Assembly: GCA_028023455.1 (NCBI GenBank)
Contig: JAQFVV010000007.1
Coordinates: 4,092,001-4,156,000 of the forward strand
Length of the DNA: 64,000 bases
Source of the DNA: Epiperipatus broadwayi
Lineage: Eukaryota; Animalia; Onychophora
Direction: 5' to 3'
In this document: positions 51,671-62,180 of the stretch, one piece after another
How positions within the stretch are numbered: position 1 is the first letter of the stretch
How the letters are laid out: the number at the start of each line of letters is the position of its first letter
The notes under the pieces: model-generated
Told to the model about the DNA's origin: nothing
The model's database searches: none
What the model saw: the letters and a program-made list of their open reading frames with translations, nothing else
Translations under genes and position numbers: made by a program

Positions 51671-54246
51671 TTACTAACCTGTATTGTCTATTTGTGTGTT
51701 ATTACTAACAAGTTGTTTATATTTGGAAAGTTTAAATAAAGTTTTAAAAAAAATTCTATACATTCAACATTCACTCATAAATGATGGAAATAGCCCAACG
51801 TATCACATCTTATTAAATAATATGCTCTAATAATTTAAATGAGACAAAATATGTGTTATTATTAAAAACAAAATTTATTTTTAAAATCCTACAATATTGA
51901 GTGTTTTATCATAATATAAATACAATAAAGCATTAATTAATAAAATATTATGCAAATATACCATACAATAATTCAAACTTCTCAACAACAAAAAAAGTAA
52001 ACCAACAATTAGTTTTAAAAATACAGATAAAATATTTCTTAACTTTTTCTACTTGATTATAATTTTATTTTTAATTTCAAGCAAATCTATTAACAAATTT
52101 ATGTAATGCTAATACATAATTAATTTATCATTAGCATATTTTTAAAATAGTTCTAATTATATGGAGGTTAGTTTGACTTCATACCATACCAAATATTTTT
52201 TATAAATATCATACATATAGTAATATATATAACTTTTTCTTAAGTTTGAAGTAATAGTTATTAATCCAAAAACACAATTACCATCCATACCATCTATAGT
52301 CTTTCTATTTAACACACGCACTTGTTACAGTTTCTATTTTTAAATATTTAACTTAAAAATTGTTAAATTTTTGACATATTTCTATTGAACAGATTTTTTT
52401 CATATTTTGTACATATGTTATGTATTAAGGATAATATAATAATGAAATATATCAGGGTTGTCCAGCTATTTTTCACCCTAATAATGTTGGTGAGCTGAAT
52501 TTCCAATCATCCATTAACTTCAATCTAATTGCAATAACGCTGTCAAATGGTGCTACAACAAATTGTTATTAATATGACTAAAATTAATTATATGCAGTAA
52601 TTTTTATAATACTATTAATTAACAATATTCTCAATGTAATCATTATTGTATACAAATGAAGGACATTAAAACAATAAAATATTTTGGTATAATTATGGAT
52701 AACATAATATTATAGTCTCATCATATCAATCAATTTCTACAAAGATTTGGACATTTTTCTATGTTTTATAAACACTATTTTTATATGTTATGGAATATAT
52801 TAATGTTTTGCAAGACATTATATGGGTCAATACTTAATTATGACATTACTTTATATGAATTTGCAAGGGAATCAAATTTAAAACATTTAAGTTGATACAT
52901 AAAATTCAATGTAATTACAATATTTTATCTTTTAAATTTCAATGGAAATCTTTTACAAGCTTTTATTATTAAACTACATTATAAGACTCACAAGTCATTC
53001 CATTTCAAAAATTTCTTAAGAAAATTGTATTTTTTAATTTTCCAATATAAGAATAAATATGGTAGCAAATTAAGATGTGTTTACATTTCTAAAATATTTA
53101 GTATTTAGAGATTTTCATTACACAATTTTCAGATTTTTGGATTAGTTATAAAAAAAAACTTAAATATTTGGGAAATATTAATCCATAACTTTATATTACT
53201 TTTTTGTTTTATCTCTTGTATTTGTTCATTTTCTATATATATATGATTGTTATTAAAAATTATTTTATTTATTTTCTGGTAATGGAGCTCGAAATCTTAA
53301 TCAAAACTTATGAAAAGCATTTTTTTGTTTATTATATTTCTTTTAATGCATTTCTTATTATAGTCAACAAAAATTATTATTAAAAAAAGGTTTACTATAT
53401 TTTGTTTGAAAACAGCTTTATTTTCATGATTTTTTTAATGTAGATTGTTTTATTCTTTAATATTACATTTTTTATTTTCATATTTTTCTGTAATAAACTT
53501 TAAGGATTAATACTATGTGGTTTTATTAATTTTATGCCTTAGTATATTGTTAAGATTTTATATTTATATTTACTTTTTCATAATTTAATTGTGTGTATTT
53601 TCTTTCCTATAGTTTATTAAACTCAAGTATTTTTTTTATTTTTTACATTAATAACTTTCTTCCAACTTTTTGAAAGTATTTTTCTTTAGTATTTGTGTTC
53701 TGTCATTTTGAGTTATTTTCATATCTAGTTTTTTTTTTTTTGCGTAATTTAAAAAGATTTATTAAAGCTATTTATATACTACATGTCTAATGTTAATTTT
53801 ATTCGATGGAAATATATTAAAAATTATTTATATGGTCAAACAAACAAAATTTTTAATTTAAATGAAAGTATTTAAAAAATAGATAATACTTCTATATATT
53901 GTCCTATTCATAATAAAACATTTAAAATCATATTAAGAAGAATAAGCAAAACAAATTGGGCACATATGTAATATAATAATAACACTTAACAGTTATTATT
54001 ATTATTATTATGATGATGATAATGATGATGAAAACCTACTAAAATAACAATTTTACTATATAACAAATAACTGTATTTTGATTAGAGTTTTTCTGACTTT
54101 TTTAATTGTAAACATTAGAATAGTATATCAAAATCTTTTTGTAAATTGTCAGTCATTAAGAAGAATCGAATGCTCTATGAACAGTATATTAAAAGCTTAT
54201 ATTAATATGTTAGTAGCTAATGACGGACTGTAACGAATTATTGGTT

Positions 54247-54462
54247 TAAAACAGGTAAAACTCTCTATAAGCCAGAGTAATTAAGGATGTCAGAAGGCTT
54301 GGGCATAAAATTCCTATCTAGTTCCTACTCATCCAATATCCCCAGACTCAGTGAGGAGCTATGGATTTGCATTGGATGAGTAGGCACTAGATAAGGATTT
54401 TATGCACAAGCCTTCTGGCATCCATTGATTACTCTGGCTTTCACTGAGTGGTACCTGTTTTA
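54247..54462. repeat. Compact hairpin with ~90-bp arms and a 33-nt loop
   Basis: 54247-54337 pairs with 54371-54462 (agccagagtaat...catccaat / attggatg...attactctggct). Confidence 0.9.
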
Positions 54463-55095
54463 ATAACAGTTATGAACAAGCATAAGAAACGGTGATCATG
54501 TAAATTATTGGTTTAGAGAATCTTACCCACAAACTTCCCCCTTTCCTGAATATATATATATATTACGTTTTAAAATAATATATATATAAACTAAAAAAAA
54601 ATTTTTTATTCTCTAAATTTATTTAAATCTGTAAACATATATTTAACAATAGTGTTATTCTAAAAAAGAAATATTACACTTTTTAAAATAAAATTTCGAA
54701 ATAAGTTTTTAAAAGGGAAATTCACTATAATTTCGCTGTCATTATTTTAATTTTTAAATTACTCTTTTTAAACAATAGAATAATCAAAATCTTGATCAAA
54801 GTCTTACTGTTACAATATGTAATATATCAAGTGTCATCTCTCGACTATTATTTTTTTTTCCCTGGATAATAGCATTTCAAATAAATGTATTTTTCAAAGA
54901 TTTAATCATTCATATTCTCATATTTTAATTAAATTGACATTACAAATATGGTTTTTTTATGAAACACTATTATATATGTTATCATATGCATATATCCCTT
55001 ATTCGAACTCAGACTTTCGCACGACCCACTACTCTCAGTGCCATCTCATATTGCTGACCCACCTGATCACACACATGTTAAAAAGATAAATAATC

Positions 55096-55139
55096 ACCAA
55101 TATACGTATTTCATGCTAAACCAGCAATCACCAGTTGGT
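55096..55139 (-). ncRNA. Family A hammerhead, core mutated (CTGGTGA)
   Basis: ACCAA CTGGTGA TTGCT GGTTT AGCAT GAAA TACGTA TA TTGGT. Confidence 0.75.
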
Positions 55140-55564
55140 CTAGATTACTATCCTCACACATACATGCAATCAGTGCTCAGCTTTATATTAAGATAGCCAA
55201 TCTTCATACTTTAATGGACAGGCTTCAAACTATTCCGGCTCACAACTCTTCAGCCTTCCATTTCATTGAAAATCTGATGATGGAACGTTCAAAGCCCTTG
55301 TTAGTGCCAAGGTTCTCGACATATTAGTCATTCTGACCCTTCATGTACAGGAGAATAATCCATTTATACATACATAGGTGAGGGATGGGCAGACCTTTTA
55401 TACACTATTTATATAAATTAATACATTGTACAGGCTTAAATCTACATTTATATGTGTAATATATTCGGGATTCGAACCCAGACTTTCACACGACCCACTA
55501 CTCTCAATGCCATCTCATATTGCTGACCCACCTGATCACACACATGTTGAAAAGAAAAATAATC

Positions 55565-55608
55565 ACCAATATATGTATTTCATGCTAAACCAGCAATCAT
55601 CAGTTGGT
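55565..55608 (-). ncRNA. Family A hammerhead, core intact
   Basis: ACCAA CTGATGA TTGCT GGTTT AGCAT GAAA TACATA TA TTGGT. Confidence 0.8.
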
Positions 55609-56048
55609 CTAGATTACTATTCTCACACATATATACAATCAGTGCTTAGTTTTTATATTAAGATAGCCAATCTTCATACTTTAATGGACAGGCTTCAAAC
55701 TATTCCGACTCACAACTTTTCAGCCTTCCATTTCATTGAAAATCTGATGATGGAATGTTCAAAGTGCTTGTTACTGCCAAGGTTGTCATCCTACCCATGT
55801 TGACATATTAGTCATTCTGACCCCTCATGTACAGGAGAATAATACATTTATACATACATATGTGAGGGATGGGCAGACCTTTTATACACTATTTATATAA
55901 ATTAATACATTGCACAGGCTTAAACCTGCATTTATATATGTAATATATGCAGGATTCGAACTCAGACTTTCACATGACCTACTACTCTCAGTGCCATCTC
56001 ATATTGCTGACCCATCTGATCACACACATGTTGAAAAGATAAATAATC

Positions 56049-56092
56049 ACCAATATACATATTTCATGCTAAACCAGCAATCATCAGTTGGT
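56049..56092 (-). ncRNA. Family A hammerhead, core intact
   Basis: ACCAA CTGATGA TTGCT GGTTT AGCAT GAAA TATGTA TA TTGGT. Confidence 0.8.
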
Positions 56093-56364
56093 CTAGATTA
56101 CTATCCTCACACATATATACAATCAGTGCTCAGCTTTATATTAAGATAGCCAATCTTCATACTTTAATGGACAGGCTTCAAACTATTCCAACTCACATCT
56201 CTTCAACCTTCCATTTCATTGAAAATCTGGTGATGGAATGTTCAAATGAAATGAAAGGCTGAAGAGTTGTGAGTTGGAATAGTTTGAAGCCTGTCCATGA
56301 AGATTGGCTATCTTAATATAAAGCTGAGCACTGATTGTATATATGTATGAGGATAGTAATCTAG

Positions 56365-56408
56365 ATCAACTGATGATTGCTGATTTAGCATGAGATATGT
56401 ATATTGGT
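56365..56408 (+). ncRNA. Family A hammerhead, core mutated (GAGA)
   Basis: ATCAA CTGATGA TTGCT GATTT AGCAT GAGA TATGTA TA TTGGT. Confidence 0.72.
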
Positions 56409-56849
56409 GATTATTTTTCTTTTCAACATGTGTGTGATCAGGTGAATCAGCAATATGAGATGGCACTGAGAGTAATGGGTCGTGTAAAAGTCTGAGTTTG
56501 AATCCTGCATATATTACATATATAAATGCAGGTTTAAGCCTGTACAATGTATTAATTTATATAAATAGTGTATAAAAGGTCTGTCCATCCCTCACATATG
56601 TATGAATAAATGGATTATTCACCTGTACATGAGGGGTCAGAATGACTAATATGTCAACATGGGTAGGATGTCAATCTTGGCACTAACAAGAGCTTTGAAC
56701 TTTCCATCATCAGATTTTCAATAAAATGGAAGGCTGAAGAGTTGTGAGTTGGAATAGTTTGAAGCTTGTCCATTAAAGTATGAAGATTGGCTATCTTAAT
56801 ATAAAGCTGAGCACTGATTGTATATGTGTGTGTGAGAATAGTAATCTAG

Positions 56850-56893
56850 ACGAACTAATGATTGCTGGTTTAGCATGAAATATGTATATTGGT
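56850..56893 (+). ncRNA. Family A hammerhead, core mutated (CTAATGA)
   Basis: ACGAA CTAATGA TTGCT GGTTT AGCAT GAAA TATGTA TA TTGGT. Confidence 0.72.
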
Positions 56894-57299
56894 GATTTTT
56901 TTTCAACATGTGTGTGATCAGGTGGGTCAGCAATATGAGATGGCACTGAGAGTAGTGGGTCATGTGAAAGTCTGAGTTCAAATCCCACATATATTACATA
57001 TATAAATGCAGGTTTAAGCATGTACAATGTATTAATATATCCCTTATATATATTATTGTTTTAAAAATTAATTGAACAAAACAAATAATAAAATATTTGC
57101 ATATTGTTTAATCTAAATTAATATTTTTGTTGCAATTAAAATAAGTCTTAAATATATTTTTTCCTCTATTTTTACTTCTCCCAGACAATTTATTTTATTA
57201 CTGAGGTATTTATTAGATTTTATCTGAGTAATATACAGATTAGTTAAATTGTCTTATTCTATTTTTGACAGCCACTTTACTATTTTTTTTATTTGCATA

Positions 57300-57460
57300 C
57301 TTTTTGGCAGCTCATTTTCACAAATTGTCTCTCATATTGGAATGGACAATGCAATACTTCCTAAAAATGTGTTATAGTGAATGTAACCATGGTTTTTGAG
57401 GGAGAGATCAATACTACCTATCTTATAAAAATTATCTCTAAGACCTTCTACAAAAGTACA
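57300..57460 (+). pseudogene. RTE-like LINE C-terminal remnant
   Basis: SHIGMDNAILPKNVL...G..GR resembles GH+.RM.D.RLPK.+LYSE...G.R..GR. Confidence 0.35.
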
Positions 57461-58428
57461 ATGTCAATTGTTTCTATAGGGAAAATATGGAGAAAACAAT
57501 ATATTAGAGAGCTATAACTAAACATGGTATTGAAGTACTTCAGGGAAAAACGTTTCTACAAGAAAATTAAAAGACAACATCATAAAATATTATGTAAAGA
57601 GAAAAATGTATTACTGTGTTTTATATGTGAATATATTTATGGTTCATGTATTGGTTTGTATAGTCATTGCAAAACGCATTTCTAAATGTAGAGTTTTTTC
57701 TCTTTTTCCTTTCTTTCTTTTTCCTTTTTTTTCAGTGTTAGAATGTCTATTTTAGTTTACAACTAGCCGTTTACTATTTTATTAGTTTTCATGTTAACAA
57801 AATGTTTATAATTATTATATTATTTTGTATTTCAAATGTATATGTTATAATTGTAAATCAATAATCCAATAATAGGATTAAAAATCAATAAAATAATAAG
57901 GCGAACAGACAGTGCATATCTACATACATTCAAAACTATAAAGATATATATATATAAGCATTTGGGTTGGAAAGAATAAGTGATTCATTTTATTCTTTCA
58001 TAAATACTATATCTTGTGTTGGGAATGAAAGTATTTACTTATTATCAACTCTCGTAAAAAGCGTAAAAAGCGCATGCACAATAGCTTGAAAAGGCTGATC
58101 TTTAATGTATTACAATTTATAAGACATAGTGCTATAAAAATAAATGCTTATAAAGATATAATGAATTCAAATAAATAAATTACATATTAAATAAAAAAAT
58201 TCCAATACTTTATTTAATTGAGTGTGTGTTTTTTTTCCACAATCATTAAATGTTTTGTGTAGTTTTAAATGTCTTAGTTTAGACTGAGAATCTTAGTACT
58301 ATTTGACTCTCTTCTTATGAAAGTAAAAAATAATTCAATGTATTTTATTATAGAGTAGTTTGATTCATTTGATCATGAGTTATGATTAATAATAAATACA
58401 AATAGGGGGCATTTTAAGACCCTTATTG

Positions 58429-58511
58429 TTAATACATTGTACAGGCTTAAACCTGCATTTATATATGTAATATATGCGGGATTCGAACTCAGACTTTCAC
58501 ACAACCCACTA
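58429..58511 (-). mobile_element. Family A fragment (B-box part only)
   Basis: ttaatacattgtacaggcttaaacctgcatttatatatgtaatatatgcgggattcgaactcagactttcacacaacccacta is near-identical to ~55902-55985. Confidence 0.9.
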
Positions 58512-59599
58512 TGTATATGATTTAGAAAAATATTTTAAGTATACAGTAGCTTTTTCTTTTTCATACTTAAATGTATTTTTTAAAAAACTTAAAATTTTTA
58601 TTCATAATGTTATTTCATTTATTAAAGTTCAATTAACTTTTTTTGCTTGACAGTTAAAATTTGTTTTGTGAATATATTTGCTTTATTTGCGTCAATTTAT
58701 GTTTATTATTTATAAAATTCAAACCAATCAAACAATAAAAAAAAAATAGAAAAAGTTAGTTTTTAAACTAGATGAGTTTTAAAATAATATTTTACATGTA
58801 TACATTTTTTCCAAAAAGAATTATTATATTGTTGGTAATGAATTTAACAATAAATAAAAATCATAAGATTCTGCGCAAATTTATGTGAATGTATAATACA
58901 TACACACACGCGCGTGAATTATTATATTTAAAAAAGTTTCATTGCAAGCCCATTTTACCGCAAATATCTAAAAATGATTTAAAATGTGTTATATTGATTA
59001 ACGCATTAAATATGATTCTTTTTATATATATAAAATCAAAACCAAATTTTAAAGAGATCTGTAGTTTTAAACTTGTTTAACTTGAGAAACTGATCGACAT
59101 TATAAAAGATTGCAGACAAAAACTCAGAATGGAAAAAAAAATACTGCAAAGATCAACTCTTATGGCATATATTACTGAGGCAGTAAATGGTTAATAAAGA
59201 CCCGAAGGTGTTCTTGTCAAACTACAGCCTTAATGGAACTATCATATTATGGTAGCCTTATCATTTCGTAGTAATGTATCACTGTTGCTTTAAACATGTT
59301 GTTTGCTGATGCCACAATCATTTTAAAAATTATAGTTTTAATTAATTTATCCTATTTAGTTAAATATTGTTTTTTATAATAAGAAAATGATTTTATCAGC
59401 CACTGTGGCCTTACCAGTTATCTTATTTAAATGTTGAGTTACTAAGCATCATTCTTGAACAATTCTTCTCAAGAGTATTTGAGTAGTTTGTCCATCTTTC
59501 ATAGAAAACAAACAATTGTTGATGCACTGTAATGAACAATACCATTTTAATAATGATGTCACATGTGTTATTATTTTATACAATTCTGTTGTATTGAAA

Positions 59600-60130
59600 A
59601 ATCTTCAAAAAGATCTTTAAATGAAGGATATATATTTAAAAACAAAAGCTTATCAATGGATATAAAAGTTGAATACTTAAGGAAGCTGGAAAAAGTAATT
59701 TTTTCTTTTTTTTTATGTTTTTGATCTGTGGTGTTAATGAAGACTTCTGAGAAAAGTATGGACAGCAAAATAAATGCTTAGGTAAGACCTGAATTAAGAA
59801 CTGGCCATTTGATATTCTTTACAATCTTCTTAGAATTTTATTTATAAAATAAAAAAAGTGATACTTAGATATGTATTTCATTTCTGTGATACATGTTAAC
59901 AAAACCATTTGTCTTAGATAATATGTTTTAAGACTACTTTGTTCAATTTTTTCATACATACAGTGTGTTTTAGTAAATAGGAAACTGGTGATTTTGATTC
60001 ACTTTCCAATCTTCCTAAAGTGCCATCTTTAATCAAAGTATGTATTATGTAGCAACATAATTTAACTATAGTTAACCTATGTTATTATATAATACATGCT
60101 TTTCTTTATAGATGGCATTGCAGTCATATT
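59600..60130 (+). pseudogene. Highly decayed LINE RT remnant
   Basis: NKSLSMDIKVEYLRKLEK resembles KAPG.DGI..E.LK, and later segments resemble NYRPI and YADD. The similarity is weak. Confidence 0.3.
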
Positions 60131-60660
60131 AGAGAAAACATTAGTTACCTTTTCACTGGGTCATAATGTGTGCTTTGTGTTATGGTAGATAATAAATCTA
60201 CTTGCTGAACCCACATAACCGAATTAAAATCTATATAACTCAGATTATATGTAACTGGACATTATCATCTATATTTTGGAGAGTTTATTTTCATTATATA
60301 ACTCATTGTAAACTTCAGTAATTTCCTTTTCAGTTATATGTATTAAGAAGTTAAAAAAAGATTTTATGGTCTCTCACTTTTGGACAAACTCCTATTATTC
60401 TTTTAAAATGAAATAGTGAAGATAATATGTTGCAGATAAATCAATTATAATTGTTGGAAATTTAGATGAGTGTTATGTATAGAAAATTTATATCACATGG
60501 TAAAAGTGTATTCAGATAGTTGTACCTAAAGAGCAGAACATGGAAAGAAAATCATTAAAACTTTCAGTAATTTACAGTTGATATATCTTATGAGTAAGTA
60601 ATGCCTTTGTCTGAGACAAAAATTTTACTCTGTAGTGAGATATTTCAAGTCCAATTTTAA

Positions 60661-61285
60661 TACATGAAGTGGGACCCAAAAATAACCAGAATTGTTGTCT
60701 GGTAAGTTTGCATATTGTGCATGCTTCTATTGCTACATACCTTTTTCAGAAAGCATTTTGCACCAATCTGCTAAATTATGTTATCATCTAAAATTGTGGT
60801 ACCACATAGTACATTTTTTTGTAAAGTGCATTTCATATATTTGTCAATAGTTTTTGTAATGGCTGAAAAATTGGAATATATGTGAAATTCTGTTTTCTTT
60901 TAGAGAAAATGGCAGGAAAAGCAGTTGTAATGCTTGAAACAAATTACAAGAAAACTGTTCTGGGGAAAACACATATTTACAAATGATTTAATGAAATTGT
61001 CAAATTCACCATGTCTCAAAAAAGAATGGTGATTGGAGTCCAATATCAAGATAATGCTGACATTTTTATTGATGCAACTGGCATTTTTCTCTGAAAATTA
61101 GTTTTTAATGGTCAGACATTTTATCTACAAGTTCTGAAATGTTTCTGTTATGTGATAAAATGTAAACATCCCATTTCATGACAAAGGAAGAACTGCAAGC
61201 AAGCATCACCAAAATAATTCCTCTGCAAACAGTCTTGAGTGTGAACAATTATTAATTAAATTCAAGATGATCCAGTTTCTGTTAA
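60661..61285 (+). mobile_element. Internally deleted mariner-like element (same family as 21040-21612)
   Basis: TA-start terminal sequence tacatgaagtgggacccaaaaataaccagaattg. Fragments SNIKIMLTFFIDATG and GQT..FYLQVLK..KHP match the mariner catalytic region. Confidence 0.7.
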
Positions 61286-61620
61286 TTTATTTTTTGCTGA
61301 CTTAGAAATGGTAAAAAAAAGATGTAGGCATTAAAAAGCTTCACTTTGTAAATGTTTCCAGACTACTTCGAAAAGTAAAAAACATATTTAGACTGGTGTA
61401 TTGCATTAAATGTATAGTACTTTGAAGGATATTGAATTTATTACACTTAAAGATAAATAAACAATTTTTTATTATAAAATTTCTATAATTTTTGGGTTTC
61501 TTCTTATATATTGCATGCATTATAAATAAAATGGCAAAAATAAACACAAAAAAAAAGGGTGAAAATTCTCAAAATATAAATGATTGCAATCACTCTTAGT
61601 AGCATCTAAGTATAGTTTTT

Positions 61621-61865
61621 TAATATTAATATCATTTGTATTCTTTATTACTTTATACAATGCTTTTTACAATCTACTATTGACATTTTTGATTGCCCCA
61701 GAAATCTTCAGAACTTCTATTTATACTACTACTTCCAAATCTTAACTTATAAATCTTAAAAGTAGAAGTTCTGAAGAAAATTGTTGGGGCAATCCAAACT
61801 ATCAATAGTGGATTGTAAAAAAGCATTGCATAAAGTAATAAAGAATATAGATGATATTAATATTA
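61621..61865. repeat. Fold-back with ~100-bp arms (MITE-like)
   Basis: 61621-61722 pairs with ~61759-61865 (ttgccccag..cttcagaacttcta / tagaagttctgaag..tggggcaa). Confidence 0.85.
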
Positions 61866-62156
61866 TATGGATTTGGCAATGTAATATGAAAGATAAAGTT
61901 ATAATATAGTTTTTTTTATATTACAATGTTATATAATAAAAAGGTTAACTCTCCTGTTACTGATATGCATTTATAACACGATTTTTTAATTTTTTTATGC
62001 GGTATAGTAGCCTTAGTGAAACTATATCAAGGACGATGATTGGAACTGACTTATTTTCTCTTTCATCTGTAATATTCTTTTGTGCATTTTAAGTGCATTC
62101 ATAGTTAATATTTGTTTTTGATTTTTTAAAAATGGATATATAATGTGAGCGTTAAC

Positions 62157-62180
62157 TCTCTCTCTCTCTCTCTCTCTCTC
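62157..62180. repeat. (TC)n microsatellite
   Basis: Directly visible. Confidence 0.9.

Larger units (their letters stand above)
51285..51813. mobile_element. Family B cluster: two tandem minus-strand units and one plus-strand unit forming a ~200-bp-arm palindrome
   Basis: 51285-51490 is the reverse complement of ~51600-51813. 51491-51590 is an extra direct partial unit. Three hammerhead motifs are present. Confidence 0.88.
55002..57035. mobile_element. Family A multimeric fold-back array (~4.2 monomers of ~480 bp) with a TSD; retrozyme-like
   Basis: B-box landmarks at 55001, 55470 and 55954 (periods 469 and 484) on the left arm. The orientation flips at ~56245, and the right-arm period is 480. 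The direct repeat ATATATCCCTTAT is at 54990-55002 and 57035-57047. Five hammerhead motifs are present. Confidence 0.93.

Noticed and set aside
55426-57027. Five short ORFs with similar peptides (…SHDPLLS.PSHIADPPDHTHVEK…)
   Set aside because: They are translations of the repeated family A monomer on the strand opposite the ribozyme. They differ by frameshifts between copies and resemble no protein I know.
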